Below the pieces are notes generated by a model. It was not told where the DNA came from. It saw only the letters and a list, made by a program, of their open reading frames with translations, and searched no databases. From Candidatus Sericytochromatia bacterium (GTDB lineage Bacteria; Cyanobacteriota; Sericytochromatia; S15B-MN24; UBA4093): DNA of 64,000 nucleotides. The first letter of the stretch is position 1; the number at the start of each line of letters is the position of its first letter. The translations under genes and the position numbers were made by a program. This document shows positions 28,220 to 42,823 of the stretch, piece after piece. The stretch is taken from assembly GCA_036676985.1 (NCBI GenBank), contig JAKFBU010000027.1:1-64000 (forward strand), written 5' to 3'.

Positions 28220-29512
28220 CTAGCGCGTGGCTCTCCAGAACGCCACCATGTCCTCGACGGTCTCCTTGGCTCGCAAGAGCTTGAACTCCGGGCCCGCCGC
28301 CTCGTCGTAGCCGAGCACCGTCGGCATGCCGCGGCTGCAGTGGCGGGACCACATGCCCATGGTGTAGGCGCCCACGTCCCGGATGATCACGAGGTCGCCG
28401 GGCGCCATGTCAGGTAGGACGACGTCCTTGCCGAGGATGTCCCCCGAGAAGCACAGGGGGCCCGCCAGCGTCCAGCGCGCGGTCTCCGTCTCCGGCTTGA
28501 GGCGTCCTGCGGCGTCGCAGACCAGGAAGTCATGGTGCCAGTCCTGCGGGTGGTAGGCCCGCCGTAGCATGAAGTCCGCGCCCAGGTGCAGGACGGCGAT
28601 CCGGGTGCCGTCCAGGGGCTTCACGTACTCGACCCGGCTCGCGGCCCAGCCGCAGTTGGCCTGCATGTGCCGGCCGAACTCCGTGACGAGCCGGTAGGGC
28701 GGCGCGAAGACCGCGGGAACGGCCGCCTGCAAGGCCCGGACGTAGGTCGGCACGGACGGTGGGGTGTCCGTATCCCGGTAGGCCACGGGCAGGCCGCCCC
28801 CGATGTCGAGGGTCGTGACCCGCTTGCGGCCAAGCCGGGCGTTGACGCGCTCCACGAAGGCGTACGCCCGGCGCACGGCCTCGACGAGCATCTCGAGGCT
28901 GCAGCCCTGCGACCCCACGTGGACGTGCACGCCCGTCAGCCACTCGTAGCGCTCGAAGGCCGCGAGCAAGGCGGGATCCTCCAGGTCGAGCGGCGTGCCG
29001 AACTTGGAGGTGGCGCCCGTGACGCTCGTCGTCAGGATCCGCCCCACGCCTACCATGGGGTTGAGGCGCAGGCCGACGGTGCACCGGGTGTCCATGGTCC
29101 GGATCAGCCCGTCGATCCGCTCCAGCTCGTCCAGGTTGTCGGCGTTCAGGTGCAGGCCGTGCCGCAGGGCCATGCGCAGGTCGGACACGGACTTGGCCGG
29201 CGAGTCGAAGACGATGCGCTCGGGCGGACAGCCCGCCGCGATCGCCAGCCCCACCTCCTCGGCCGAGGCCGCCTCGAGCCCGGCGCCCCGCTCCACCAGG
29301 AAGCGCAGGATCTCGAGCAGCGGATTGGCCTTGATGGCCACCGCGTGCAGGGTGCCGTCCGGAAAGGTCTCCTGCAGCGTCTTCAGACGATCGCCCAGGC
29401 ACCCCAGGTCGTGGAACAGGAGGGCGGGTTCTTCGTCCGTCAGGCGGCCGTCGGCGACCGCGCGCTGCAGCACGCGGGCCATGGTCTCGGGAGGTAGGCG
29501 ATCGGCGCTCAT
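28220..29512 (-). CDS. Group IV (fold III) PLP-dependent decarboxylase, DAPDC/ODC-like
   Basis: AIKANP, FDSPAK, SKFG, HVHVGSQG, DIGGG, EFGR, GPLCFSGD, GAY; starts 5 nt after the ade stop. Confidence 0.88.
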   Translation of the reverse strand: MSADRLPPETMARVLQRAVADGRLTDEEPALLFHDLGCLGDRLKTLQETFPDGTLHAVAIKANPLLEILRFLVERGAGLEAASAEEVGLAIAAGCPPERIVFDSPAKSVSDLRMALRHGLHLNADNLDELERIDGLIRTMDTRCTVGLRLNPMVGVGRILTTSVTGATSKFGTPLDLEDPALLAAFERYEWLTGVHVHVGSQGCSLEMLVEAVRRAYAFVERVNARLGRKRVTTLDIGGGLPVAYRDTDTPPSVPTYVRALQAAVPAVFAPPYRLVTEFGRHMQANCGWAASRVEYVKPLDGTRIAVLHLGADFMLRRAYHPQDWHHDFLVCDAAGRLKPETETARWTLAGPLCFSGDILGKDVVLPDMAPGDLVIIRDVGAYTMGMWSRHCSRGMPTVLGYDEAAGPEFKLLRAKETVEDMVAFWRATR

Positions 29513-29517
29513 GGGGC

Positions 29518-31239
29518 TCAGGCCAGGACCGGCACGACCTCGAAGCGGTGCACGTCCACGTAGCCCCGGTCCGTCAACTTCAGCTCGGGGATGACGGACA
29601 GCGCCAGAAAGGCGAGCGTCATGTAGGGGTGCTCGACCCGGATGCCGAGGGCTGCCCGCGTCCGCGCCTGGAGGGCCTCGACCAGCTCGGCCACCCGGGC
29701 CATGGGCTGGTCGGACATGATGCCGCCGATGGGGAGTGGCAATAGCTCGACCACCTGACCGTCCTTGACGGCGCACAGCCCGCCCTGGCTCGCGACCAGG
29801 GCCTCGACGGCCGCGCGCATGTCGCGATCGTTGGTGCCCATGACCACCAGGTTGTGGGCATCGTGGGCCACGGTGCTCGCGATGGCGCCCGACTGGATTC
29901 CGAAGCCCTCGACGAAGCCCACCCCCACGTTGCCCGTGGCGTGGTGCCGCTCCACGACGGCAATCTTGGCGATGTCCTGGGCGGGGTCCGGCTGGAGGTC
30001 GCCGTCCTGGACCGGCAGGTCCCGCTCGAGGGAGTGGGACCAGCACTGGTCGGGTACCACGCCGATGACGCGGGCGCGCACGGCGGAGAGGCCGGCGGGG
30101 CCGGGCACCCGGAAGGCGTCGTCCGTCAGGGGCGCGATCCGCACCGTGTCCCGCACGGTGGCCGGTGCCTCGCCGGAGGCCTCGAAGAGCGGGCGACCCT
30201 CGCGGGCCACCACCCGACCGCGCTTGAGGACGGTCTCGATGCGCAGGCGCTCGAAGCCGTCCGCGATGACCACGTCCGCCTGCCACCCCGGAGCGATGGC
30301 GCCCACGCGCTCGAGCTGGAAGTAGCGGGCGCAGTTGATGGTCGCGAGCTTGACGGCGAGCACGGGGTCCATGCCGTGGGCGATCGCCTTGCGCACCGCA
30401 TGGTCGATGTGCCCGTGCGTGACGAGGTCGTCCGCGTGCCGGTCGTCCGTCACGAACATGCACCGCTCCTGGCTGATGGGCGAGACGGCGCCCAGGAGGT
30501 CCACCAGATTGCGGGCGACCGAGCCCTCGCGGATCATGACGTGCACGCCGAGCCGGAGCTTCTCGCGGGCCTCCTCGACGGTACGGCACTCGTGGTCGCT
30601 GGAGATGCCCGCCGCCACGTAGGCGTTCAGGTCCTTGCCCGTCAGGTCCGGCGCATGGCCGTCCACCAGGAGGTTCGCGAAGCCCAGCTTGGCCATGACC
30701 TCGGGATCCTGCTGGAGAACGCCCGGGAAGTTCATCATCTCGCCCATGCCGAGCACCTGGGGCTCCGCGAGCAGGGGACCGAGGTCCTTGCTGTCCAGGA
30801 TGGTCTTGGCCGACTCGAAGGGCGAGGCGGGCACGCACGACGGCAGCATCAGATAGACGTCGAGGGGCAGGCCCTTGGCGTCGTCCAGCATGAAGGCGAG
30901 GCCCGGCACGCCGCAGACGTTCGCGATCTCGTGGGCGTCGATGATGACGCTGGTGGTGCCGTGCGGCACCACCGCCTGGGCGAACTGGCTGGGGGTACAC
31001 ATGCTCGATTCGACGTGGACATGCCCGTCCAGGAAGCCCGGCATGACCAGGCGTCCGGTGGCGTCGATGACCGCGAGGCCCTTGTAGCCCGCGCCCACCG
31101 CCGCGATGCGGTCGTCCACGATGGCCACGTCCGCGGGGTACACCTCCCCGGTCAGGACGTTGACCACGTGGCCGCCCCGGATGACCAGATCCGCGGGGCG
31201 TTCTCCGCGCGCGACGGCGATGAGCGATTGCAAGTCCAT
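29518..31239 (-). CDS. ade: Adenine deaminase
   Basis: PGFLDGHVHVESS, HEIANV, GEMMNFPG, DGHAP, SDHEC, IREGS, TDD, STVAHDAHN. Confidence 0.96.
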   Translation of the reverse strand: MDLQSLIAVARGERPADLVIRGGHVVNVLTGEVYPADVAIVDDRIAAVGAGYKGLAVIDATGRLVMPGFLDGHVHVESSMCTPSQFAQAVVPHGTTSVIIDAHEIANVCGVPGLAFMLDDAKGLPLDVYLMLPSCVPASPFESAKTILDSKDLGPLLAEPQVLGMGEMMNFPGVLQQDPEVMAKLGFANLLVDGHAPDLTGKDLNAYVAAGISSDHECRTVEEAREKLRLGVHVMIREGSVARNLVDLLGAVSPISQERCMFVTDDRHADDLVTHGHIDHAVRKAIAHGMDPVLAVKLATINCARYFQLERVGAIAPGWQADVVIADGFERLRIETVLKRGRVVAREGRPLFEASGEAPATVRDTVRIAPLTDDAFRVPGPAGLSAVRARVIGVVPDQCWSHSLERDLPVQDGDLQPDPAQDIAKIAVVERHHATGNVGVGFVEGFGIQSGAIASTVAHDAHNLVVMGTNDRDMRAAVEALVASQGGLCAVKDGQVVELLPLPIGGIMSDQPMARVAELVEALQARTRAALGIRVEHPYMTLAFLALSVIPELKLTDRGYVDVHRFEVVPVLA

Positions 31240-31405
31240 GGGGCCCTCCTGACGGTGAGCGAAGCTGTGCTCGGCTTCCTCCATGGTGCCCCATCCGTCG
31301 GCATTTGGCACCCCCCTGAGGAAGAAACGTTCGGGCGGCGCTTGGAGAGCGAGTTGCAGGATGATAGTTTAGGAGCTAAACTTTTCGACCGGAGGATGAA
31401 GCGCC

Positions 31406-31828
31406 GTGGTGTTACCCCTCGACGAACAGATCTTGGCCTTGTTCCGGCTCACCAGGAGCCGGATTCAGGCCGTTGCGGAGAGCCACGAGCTGACGTACCA
31501 GCAGTTGGTGGCGCTGCGGCATCTGCTCAAGGCGGGATCCATCACCATGTCCGACCTGACGGATCGCGTGGGCGTGACGCGGGGGGCCATGACGGGCCTC
31601 GTCGACCGGCTCCAGGAGGCCGGACTCGTCACGCGGCGGCACTGCGAGACGGATCGCCGCGTCACCTTCCTGGATCTCACGCCACGCGGCCACGAGGTGC
31701 TCGACGCCGTCCAGGATGCCTGGCGCCGGGAGACCAAGCGTTGGCTCGCAAAGCTGGAGCCCGAGGAGCGTGAGGGCTTGTCGCAGGCGCTGGGGCGCCT
31801 GCTGGAAGTAGGGATGCAAGGTGAATAA
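31406..31828 (+). CDS. MarR family transcriptional regulator
   Basis: MTGLVDRL..AGLV.R....DRR...L.LT..G. Confidence 0.92.
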   Translation: MVLPLDEQILALFRLTRSRIQAVAESHELTYQQLVALRHLLKAGSITMSDLTDRVGVTRGAMTGLVDRLQEAGLVTRRHCETDRRVTFLDLTPRGHEVLDAVQDAWRRETKRWLAKLEPEEREGLSQALGRLLEVGMQGE

Positions 31829-33410
31829 GAATGCCGTGATGGGCAGCGTCCTGCTGGCCCTGATCCTGGCGGCCCTGAACCAGACCATGGTCAGTACGGC
31901 CATGCCGCGGATCGTCGCCTCCTTGGGCGGGATGACCCTCTACAGCTGGGTCTTTACGGCCTACATGCTCGCTGCGACGGTCTTCGTGCCGATCTTCGGG
32001 AAGCTCTCGGATCTGTTCGGCCGGCGGCCCCTGATCCTCGGCGGCATCTTCCTCTTCACGCTCGGCGCCTTGCTGTCGGGCATGGCCCAGGACATGACCC
32101 AGCTCATCCTCTTCCGGGCCCTGCAGGGACTCGGGGCGAGCGCCATGATGCCCGTGGCGTTCGCCGTGGTGGCCGACCTCTACCCGCCTGCCGAGCGGGG
32201 CAAGTCCCAGGGGCTCATCGGGGCCGCCTTCGGCGTGGCGAGCCTCATCGGCCCGTTGGCGGGCGGCTGGATCACGGATAATTCCTCCTGGCGCTGGGCC
32301 TTCTGGGTCAACGTGCCGGTGGGCCTCCTGACGTTCGTGTACTCGTACTACGTCCTGCCGCACAAGCAGCGCGAGCATGGCGCCGTCAGCATCGACTACC
32401 TGGGAGCCCTCTTCCTGGTGCTTGCCGCCACTCCCTTGCTGTTGCTGGCGAGCTTCGGCGGGCGGGAGTTCGCCTGGCTCTCACCCGCGAGCCTCGGGCT
32501 CATGGCACTGGTCTTGGCGAGCAGTATCGCCTTTGTGTGGACCGAGCGTCGCGCCAAGGATCCCATCCTGCCCCTGGCCCTCTTCCGGAACCCCATCTTC
32601 ACGGTCTCGGTGACGGCCTCTCTGCTCATCGGCGTCATCATGTTCGGCAACACCATGTTCATCCCGCTCTTCGTCCAGGGCGTCATCGGGACGTCGGCCA
32701 CCGCGGCGGGCATGGTCCTGACGCCCATGATGCTCAGCAACGTCGCGGGCAGCATGATCAGCGGCAACCTCGCCTCGCGCACGGGGCACTACCGTTGGCT
32801 CGCCATTTCCGGCCTCGCCGTGATGGTCATCGGCGCGTTCTTGCTGACGCGGATGTCCGAGGCGACGTCCAGCGTTCAGGCGCTCGTCAACATGGTCGTG
32901 GTGGGCTTCGGGCTGGGCGCGACCATGCCCATCTTCGTGCTGGCGGTGCAGAATGCGGCCCCGCCGCAGCTCATCGGGGCGGTCACGTCGCTGATCCAGT
33001 TCTTCCGCACCATGGGCGGCACGCTCGGCGTGGCGATCCTGGGCGGCATCCTGACGCACCACACGACGAGCGAGCTCCACGAACGCTTCCCGGCGCTGCC
33101 GGCGGACCGGATCCCGAATCCTCAGGTCCTGCTGTCCCCCGAAGCGATCGGCCGGCTGCCGGCAGAGCTCGTGGAGGCGCTGCGCTCCGTGCTGATGCAC
33201 GGGCTGCACCACGTCTTCCTGTACGGTCTGGGCATCACGGTGGCGGGCTTCGCCATCACGCTCTTCCTCCAGGAGATCCCGCTGCGCAAGGTGGCGCGCC
33301 CTTCGATCGAGGAGGCCACCGAGGAGCTGGCGGCCGAGGGCATGCCGGGCATGGTCCTGCGTCCCGAGGACGAGCCGGACCTGACGGGACGGACGGAGAA
33401 CGGGCGCTAA
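31821..33410 (+). CDS. MFS DHA2 (14-TM) drug efflux transporter
   Basis: QTMVSTAMP, GKLSDLFGRR, RALQGLG, GPLAGG, WRWAFWVNVP; overlaps marR. Confidence 0.95.
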   Translation: MNKNAVMGSVLLALILAALNQTMVSTAMPRIVASLGGMTLYSWVFTAYMLAATVFVPIFGKLSDLFGRRPLILGGIFLFTLGALLSGMAQDMTQLILFRALQGLGASAMMPVAFAVVADLYPPAERGKSQGLIGAAFGVASLIGPLAGGWITDNSSWRWAFWVNVPVGLLTFVYSYYVLPHKQREHGAVSIDYLGALFLVLAATPLLLLASFGGREFAWLSPASLGLMALVLASSIAFVWTERRAKDPILPLALFRNPIFTVSVTASLLIGVIMFGNTMFIPLFVQGVIGTSATAAGMVLTPMMLSNVAGSMISGNLASRTGHYRWLAISGLAVMVIGAFLLTRMSEATSSVQALVNMVVVGFGLGATMPIFVLAVQNAAPPQLIGAVTSLIQFFRTMGGTLGVAILGGILTHHTTSELHERFPALPADRIPNPQVLLSPEAIGRLPAELVEALRSVLMHGLHHVFLYGLGITVAGFAITLFLQEIPLRKVARPSIEEATEELAAEGMPGMVLRPEDEPDLTGRTENGR

Positions 33411-33455
33411 AGCTATGGCGCCTGGGAGCGCCGGCGCTCCCAGGTGAAGGTCGCT

Positions 33456-33815
33456 CTACTTGAGCGCCGCGGCCGCCAGCAGCAGGTCCGTGAGCCCCGG
33501 CCGCTCCAGATCCGATGCCCCTGTGATCTTCACGTGCCGCATGTGCTTGCCCGTGCCCCGCAACAGCCCTGCGGGGTCCGGCAAGCTCGTCCCCTTGTAG
33601 AAGCCCAGGTTCACGTCCCGCTTGTGCGCCGAGACGAAGCAAACCGCCCCGATCACCTTGCCTGCGGTCGTCCCGTAGATCAGGGCTCCCCAGCCCAGGT
33701 GTACGTACTCCACCAGCCCGGGCAGGGTTTGCTGGACCAGCGCCCGGGTCTGCAGCGCGAGCTCCCGGATCTCGGGGGTGAAGGCGGCCAGGTAGGTCTC
33801 GAGGTCTTGGCTCAT
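33456..33815 (-). CDS. DUF1801 domain protein
   Basis: VNLGFYKG..LPDPAGLLRGTGKHMRHVK. Confidence 0.85.
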   Translation of the reverse strand: MSQDLETYLAAFTPEIRELALQTRALVQQTLPGLVEYVHLGWGALIYGTTAGKVIGAVCFVSAHKRDVNLGFYKGTSLPDPAGLLRGTGKHMRHVKITGASDLERPGLTDLLLAAAALK

Positions 33816-33904
33816 GGGGCCTTCATACCCGCCGAGCGATCGTCGAAAAAGCGTTCCCCCGACCGTAGTCGGGGGAACGCCGGGAAGGATGGGTCAGGAG
33901 CGAG

Positions 33905-34174
33905 TTAGTAGCCGTCGATGCACGCGCTGAGGTGGTCGTAATACTGCTGGTTCGACATGGGAGGGTCGTTCTTCAGGGCGGCCACCCTCAGCGTCTGCTG
34001 ATTGCTGGTGTGGATGGCGGCCGCGACCGCCTTGGCGATCTCGTAGCCGAACTCCGTGAGGACTTCCGGAAGGTGGTCGGCCTTGTCCACGGCATGGATT
34101 CGCTCGACCGATCGGTTGATCTGACCACCGATCAGGTCCACCAGTTCCGCTTCCGACATCAACGTCGCCGTCAT
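33905..34174 (-). CDS. Hypothetical protein (89 aa)
   Basis: CAGGAGAG RBS; coding-like codons. Confidence 0.6.
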   Translation of the reverse strand: MTATLMSEAELVDLIGGQINRSVERIHAVDKADHLPEVLTEFGYEIAKAVAAAIHTSNQQTLRVAALKNDPPMSNQQYYDHLSACIDGY

Positions 34175-34281
34175 GGCCACTCTCCTGCTGGATCTCACGG
34201 GCGTTCCCTGCCGCCACGAGATCCAGGATACCCGTGCGGTCCGGGTGGTGTCACCGGAGTTTCCACGGATATTTCGCCACG

Positions 34282-34313
34282 AAAAAGCGGACGGGTCCGA
34301 TGGACCCGTCCGC
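34282..34313 (-). terminator. Intrinsic terminator after pntB
   Basis: gcggacgggtcc/ggacccgtccgc stem with a T run on the minus strand. Confidence 0.8.
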
Positions 34314-34327
34314 CGCGCGAAACGCCG

Positions 34328-35764
34328 TTACTCGACGGCCTTGACCAGATCCTCGATGACCTTCTTGGCGTCGCCGAAGACCATCATGGTCTTGTCCATG
34401 TAGAAGAGCTCGTTGTCGAGCCCCGCGTAGCCCGAGGCCATCGAACGCTTGTTGACGATGACGGTCTTGGCCTTGTACGCGTCCAGGATGGGCATGCCCG
34501 CGATGGGCGACTTGGGGTCGGTCTTCGCGGCGGGGTTGACGACGTCGTTCGCGCCCACCACCAGGACCACGTCCGCCTGGCCGAACTCGCTGTTGATGTC
34601 CTCCATCTCGAAGACCTGGTCGTAGGGGACCTCGGCCTCCGCCAGGAGCACGTTCATGTGGCCCGGCATGCGGCCGGCGACCGGGTGAATGGCGTACTTG
34701 ACGTTGACGCCCTTGTGGATGAGCTTTTCGGTCAGCTCCTTGAGGGCGTGCTGGGCGCGCGCCACCGCCAGGCCGTAGCCCGGGACGATGATGACGGTCT
34801 CGGCGTTGCTCATGATGAAGGCCGCGTCGTCCGGCGAGCCAGACTTGACGCTGCGCTGGGCACCGCCCGCCGCCGCACCGGCGTCCGAGGCCTCGCCGCC
34901 GAAGCCGCCGAGGATGACGCTGATGAACGAGCGGTTCATCGCCTTACACATGATGTAGGACAGGATGGCGCCCGACGAGCCGACGAGCGAGCCTGCGATG
35001 ATGAGCATCGAGTTGTTGAGCGAGAAGCCGATGCCGGCCGCCGCCCAGCCCGAGTACGAGTTGAGCATCGAGACGACGACGGGCATGTCGGCGCCGCCGA
35101 TGGGGATGATCATGGTCACGCCCAGGATGAACGCGATCGCGAGCATCGCCAGGAACGGCATCCACTGCTGCGTCACCGCGAACGCGACGCCGAAGCCGAT
35201 CATGGCCAGGCCGAGCAGGAGGTTCAGCTGGTGCTGACCCTTGAAGACGACCGGAGCACCCTGGAACAGGCGGAACTTGTACTTACCGGACAGCTTGCCG
35301 AACGCGATCACCGAACCCGAGAAGGTGATGGCGCCGACGAAGGTGCCGATGAACAGCTCCACGCGGTTGCCGACGGGGATGACGCTGTCGGGGCTGATCC
35401 CGAAGGCCTGGGGCTCCGAGACGACGGCGATCGCGATGGCGACGGCCGCCAGACCGATCAGCGAGTGCATGGCCGCGACCAGCTCGGGCATCTTCGTCAT
35501 CTCGACCTTCTTGGCCAGGATGGCGCCGATGCTGCCGCCGACCAGGAGGCCGGCGCCGATGAGGCCGAGGCCGATGCCCATGGTCGAGGGATCCGGGTGG
35601 TGGCTCACGATCAGCCCGATGGTCGTCAGGATGGCGATCGCCATGCCCACCATGCCGAAGGTGTTACCGCGACGGGCGGTGGCGGGGTGCGAGAGGCCCT
35701 TGAGCGCCTGGATGAAGCAAACCGACGCGATCAGGTAGAGCAGTGCTACGAGGTTCATGCTCAT
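34328..35764 (-). CDS. pntB: NAD(P) transhydrogenase beta subunit
   Basis: [49 protein letters not shown]. Confidence 0.98.
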   Translation of the reverse strand: MSMNLVALLYLIASVCFIQALKGLSHPATARRGNTFGMVGMAIAILTTIGLIVSHHPDPSTMGIGLGLIGAGLLVGGSIGAILAKKVEMTKMPELVAAMHSLIGLAAVAIAIAVVSEPQAFGISPDSVIPVGNRVELFIGTFVGAITFSGSVIAFGKLSGKYKFRLFQGAPVVFKGQHQLNLLLGLAMIGFGVAFAVTQQWMPFLAMLAIAFILGVTMIIPIGGADMPVVVSMLNSYSGWAAAGIGFSLNNSMLIIAGSLVGSSGAILSYIMCKAMNRSFISVILGGFGGEASDAGAAAGGAQRSVKSGSPDDAAFIMSNAETVIIVPGYGLAVARAQHALKELTEKLIHKGVNVKYAIHPVAGRMPGHMNVLLAEAEVPYDQVFEMEDINSEFGQADVVLVVGANDVVNPAAKTDPKSPIAGMPILDAYKAKTVIVNKRSMASGYAGLDNELFYMDKTMMVFGDAKKVIEDLVKAVE

Positions 35765-36084
35765 TTTTCGGCTCCTTGGCCGCTGGTGCGCGGCTTGCTT
35801 TCTTTCTTCTTGAACATCTCGAGCATGCGCTGCGTGACCAGGAAGCCGCCAAACACGTTGACGGCCGCCAGGGCAACGGCCAAGACGCCCATGGATTGTC
35901 CGACGAGGCCCATCGTCTGGCCGGCGGCCAGCATGGCGCCGACGATGATGATGGCCGAGATCGCGTTGGTGACCGCCATCAGGGGCGTATGCAGAGCGGG
36001 CGTGACGCTCCAGACCACGTGGTAGCCCACGTAGATCGCCAACACGAAGATGATGAGGTTGGTAATGGTATGGCTGATTTCCAT
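35761..36084 (-). CDS. pntA: NAD(P) transhydrogenase alpha subunit, part 2
   Basis: [30 protein letters not shown]. Confidence 0.97.
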   Translation of the reverse strand: MEISHTITNLIIFVLAIYVGYHVVWSVTPALHTPLMAVTNAISAIIIVGAMLAAGQTMGLVGQSMGVLAVALAAVNVFGGFLVTQRMLEMFKKKESKPRTSGQGAEK

Positions 36085-36098
36085 TCGTTCGCCCTTCC

Positions 36099-37214
36099 CT
36101 ACTTCTTCAGCACTTCGCCGTCGGCGCAGAGCAGCGTCGCGGCGACGATCTCGTCCTCGCGGTTGATGGCGAGGGCGCCTTCCTTGTCCACGATGAGCTT
36201 CATGAAGTCGAGCACGTTGCGGGCGTACAGGCTCGAGGCGTCAGCCGCCACGAGCGCGGGCAGGTTGGTCTCGCCCACGATGTGCACGCCGTACTTCGTC
36301 ACGGTCTTGCCCGCCTCCGAGAGGGGGCAGTTGCCGCCCTGCTCGACTGCGAGGTCCACGATGACCGAGCCCGGCTTCATGGCCTTCACCGTCTCCTCGC
36401 TGATGAGCGTCGGCGCCTTGCGGCCCGGGATCAGCGCGGTGGTGATGATGATGTCCGCCTGCTTGGCGCGCTCGTGGACGAGCTCCGCCTGGCGGCGCAT
36501 CCAGTCGGGAGGCATGGGGCGGGCGTAACCGCCGACGCCCTGCGCGATCTCGCGCTCCTCGTCCGTCAGGAAGGGCACGTCGATGAACTTGGCGCCGAGC
36601 GATTCCACCTGCTCCTTGACGGCAGGACGAACGTCGGAGGCCTCGATGACCGCGCCCAGGCGCTTGGCCGTGGCGATCGCCTGCAGGCCCGCGACGCCCG
36701 CGCCCATGATGAGCACGCGGGCCGCCTTGACGGTGCCGGCGGCGGTCATGAGCATCGGCATGAACCGCTGGTAGATGTTGGCGGCGAGCATGACGGCCTT
36801 GTAGCCCGCGATGTTGGCCTGCGAGGACAGGACGTCCATCGACTGGGCCCGGGTGATGCGCGGGGCGGCCTCGAGGGCGAACGCCGTGAGCTGGCTCGCG
36901 GCCATGGCGGCGATGTTGTCCGTGTCGAAGGGGTTGAGCATGCCGATGACGACGGCCTTGGGCTTCATCATGCCGCGCTCGTCGTCCGACGGCCGGCGGA
37001 CCTTCAGGACCATCTCGGCCCCGAGCGCGTCGGCCGCCGAGCCGATCTCGGCGCCGGCCTGCCGGTAGGCCTCGTCCGGGATGCTGGCGCCGGCGCCGGC
37101 GCCGGACTGGACGATGATCCGGTGCTTGCCGGCGATGAGCTTCTTGACGGTCTCGGGGGTGGCGGCCACGCGGGCTTCACCAGGCCACGTCTCGGCGGGA
37201 ATGCCGATTATCAT
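36099..37214 (-). CDS. pntA: NAD(P) transhydrogenase alpha subunit, part 1 (dI)
   Basis: [39 protein letters not shown]. Confidence 0.97.
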   Translation of the reverse strand: MIIGIPAETWPGEARVAATPETVKKLIAGKHRIIVQSGAGAGASIPDEAYRQAGAEIGSAADALGAEMVLKVRRPSDDERGMMKPKAVVIGMLNPFDTDNIAAMAASQLTAFALEAAPRITRAQSMDVLSSQANIAGYKAVMLAANIYQRFMPMLMTAAGTVKAARVLIMGAGVAGLQAIATAKRLGAVIEASDVRPAVKEQVESLGAKFIDVPFLTDEEREIAQGVGGYARPMPPDWMRRQAELVHERAKQADIIITTALIPGRKAPTLISEETVKAMKPGSVIVDLAVEQGGNCPLSEAGKTVTKYGVHIVGETNLPALVAADASSLYARNVLDFMKLIVDKEGALAINREDEIVAATLLCADGEVLKK

Positions 37215-37416
37215 GTGTTCCTCCCTAACTAGTTGTGCGTTGGAGACCATTCCTTAGAGCGACAGCGATGCGTCGAACATCGACTGTTCAGGCGTTCATT
37301 ATGCCACGTTCTAGGTTGAGAGCCATTATGTCGCAGGTAGGACGGTTTCTGGTCCGTAATTATCCCTCGAAATGGCGTGAAACCTTTCTGTGACCGGGAC
37401 GTTTGCCATTAAACGG

Positions 37417-37451
37417 GCCAGAACCCCCGATGCGCGATCGGGGGTTCTGGC
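37417..37451. terminator. Hairpin downstream of PFOR
   Basis: gccagaacccccgat-gcgcg-atcgggggttctggc. Confidence 0.7.
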
Positions 37452-37552
37452 ATATACGGCCTGATTTCGGGAACTTTCCGACATGTTGCCGCTGGATGCG
37501 GCGCGATCATCGGGAATTAGAGCGTTCCAATCAGTCGAAGGCTCAATTCGCC

Positions 37553-41158
<3,606 letters not shown>

Positions 41159-41179
41159 CGTTCTGTCCTTTCACGTCGA

Positions 41180-42061
41180 CTAGTACGTCTCAACGTGCCA
41201 GCGCTTGGTCTTCTTGAGGTCGTCCCGCATGGCGGTCCAGTCGGCGCCGTGGCGGGCGGCCACCTCGGTCAGGGCCGCCTCGATGCCCTCTTCCATGCCC
41301 TTGAGGCCGCACATGTAGAAGTAGGTGTTCGCGGCCGAGAGCATGGGCCAGAGCTCGTCACCACGCTCGAGGATGCGGTGCTGAACGTACATGCGCTTGC
41401 CTTCGGCGGTCTGCTGCTCGCGGCTGATGGCCCAGATGGCCTCGAAGCTCGGGTGCGCGGCCTGGGCGGCCTCGAACTCTTCTCGGTAGAGCATCTGCGA
41501 GGTGTACTGCATGCCGAAGAACAGCCGGGCCTGGCCTGCGAATTGGCTGCCCGGCCGGAGGAGCTGCCCGACGAAGCCGCGGAAGGGGGCGATGCCCGTC
41601 CCGGTCGCGAGCATCACGACGTTCGCCGCCGGGTCCTCGGGCAGGAGGAACGTCCGACCCACGGGGCCCGTCAGCTGGACGACGTCGCCGGGTTGCAGGT
41701 CGCACAGGTAGTTGGAGCAGGGGCCCTTGACCTCGACGCCCTCGTCGTTGGTGTAGACGACGCGCTTGACGCAGAGCGTGACGCTCTTGCCGTCACGCGC
41801 CTCGCCGTCGTGGGTCGAGGCGATCGAGTAGAGGCGCAGCTTGAGAGGCTTGCCGTCCTGGTCGACGCCGGGCGGGAGGATGCCGACGCTCTGGCCCTCC
41901 AGATAGCGGAAATCCGCCCCCGAGGTGTCGAACACCAGGTGGCGGACGTCGGGCTGGTCCTCGGGCGAGAGGCGGGTGTTGCTGATCAGCTTGCAGGGAA
42001 GCGGCGCGTTGGGCCTGAAAAGGTTGATGGGCACCTCGCGGGTGACGACTGGCGTGCTCAT
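41180..42061 (-). CDS. petH: Ferredoxin-NADP+ reductase, cyanobacterial/plastidic type
   Basis: YLEGQSVGI, KLRLYSIAST, LCVKR, CSNYLCDL, TGPVG, MLATGTGIAPFR, YMCGLKGM, C-terminal WHVETY. Confidence 0.93.
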   Translation of the reverse strand: MSTPVVTREVPINLFRPNAPLPCKLISNTRLSPEDQPDVRHLVFDTSGADFRYLEGQSVGILPPGVDQDGKPLKLRLYSIASTHDGEARDGKSVTLCVKRVVYTNDEGVEVKGPCSNYLCDLQPGDVVQLTGPVGRTFLLPEDPAANVVMLATGTGIAPFRGFVGQLLRPGSQFAGQARLFFGMQYTSQMLYREEFEAAQAAHPSFEAIWAISREQQTAEGKRMYVQHRILERGDELWPMLSAANTYFYMCGLKGMEEGIEAALTEVAARHGADWTAMRDDLKKTKRWHVETY

Positions 42062-42414
42062 TGGATGGCTATCTCCCTTCCGACGGTACGAGCGGTGCGG
42101 CCTTCGGTCCCTTGCGCCCTGGAACGGCGCGAGCGGACACATGGGCCCGTTGGTCAGCATTGTCACGCAAGTCGGGGGGCATGAAGTCCGTAATAGCCCG
42201 ATCAGATCGAAACATCCCCCTTGAAGGCGTCGATGAGGGGCCCGTTTATTAGAAAAGCCTCATTTCTTGGCTGGTAAGCAAGCCATCGCCATTCGGAGGG
42301 CGTTCCGGCACGACGTTGTCGCAGTTCGCGCAACTTTTACGGATTCCCGGGCCCGGGTTCATGGCTACAATCCCTGGACGCTAGGATCCCCTTACATGCC
42401 AACTGGAGCGAACG

Positions 42415-42648
42415 ATGGCTGATACGAGCGAGAGATTTGACGACAACGTGGCCGGCCGCTACTACGTCGATGCCACGTGCATCGTCTGTGGTGCCTGCGA
42501 GGGTACGGCCCCCGACAACATCCGCCTGTCGGATGACGGATCCCACGACGTCGTGTACAAGCAGCCGGAGAACGACGGTGAGGAGCAGGCCATGCAGGAG
42601 GCCATCGAAGGCTGCCCCGTGGGAGCCATCGGCGACGACGGCGAGTAG
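42415..42648 (+). CDS. Ferredoxin, single [4Fe-4S]
   Basis: YYVD..CIVCGAC...AP..CPVGAI; acidic. Confidence 0.93.
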   Translation: MADTSERFDDNVAGRYYVDATCIVCGACEGTAPDNIRLSDDGSHDVVYKQPENDGEEQAMQEAIEGCPVGAIGDDGE

Positions 42649-42672
42649 CCTGCCCTCGAAATGAGCGGATCT

Positions 42673-42701
42673 GCGACCCCCGGCGACTCGTCGGGGGTCG
42701 C
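42673..42701 (+). terminator. Hairpin after ferredoxin
   Basis: gcgacccccggcg-act-cgtcgggggtcgc. Confidence 0.6.
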
Positions 42702-42823
42702 GCGCCAGCACGGTCCGCTCGTCGGCTTGCAGGATGTCTGAGATAATGATGGCTTGAGGGCTATGCCCTGATGCGACAGCGGAATGCAACGTGGCAGGCC
42801 GCACGACCGATGGAGATCGACCC

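Noticed and set aside
28220-31294. 1024-aa ORF suggesting a large decarboxylase fusion
   Set aside because: The first roughly 590 aa are an off-frame read through ade; the real start is 29512. The same artefact extends ORFs 17234-18499, 20867-22447, 57390-59189 and 58445-61465
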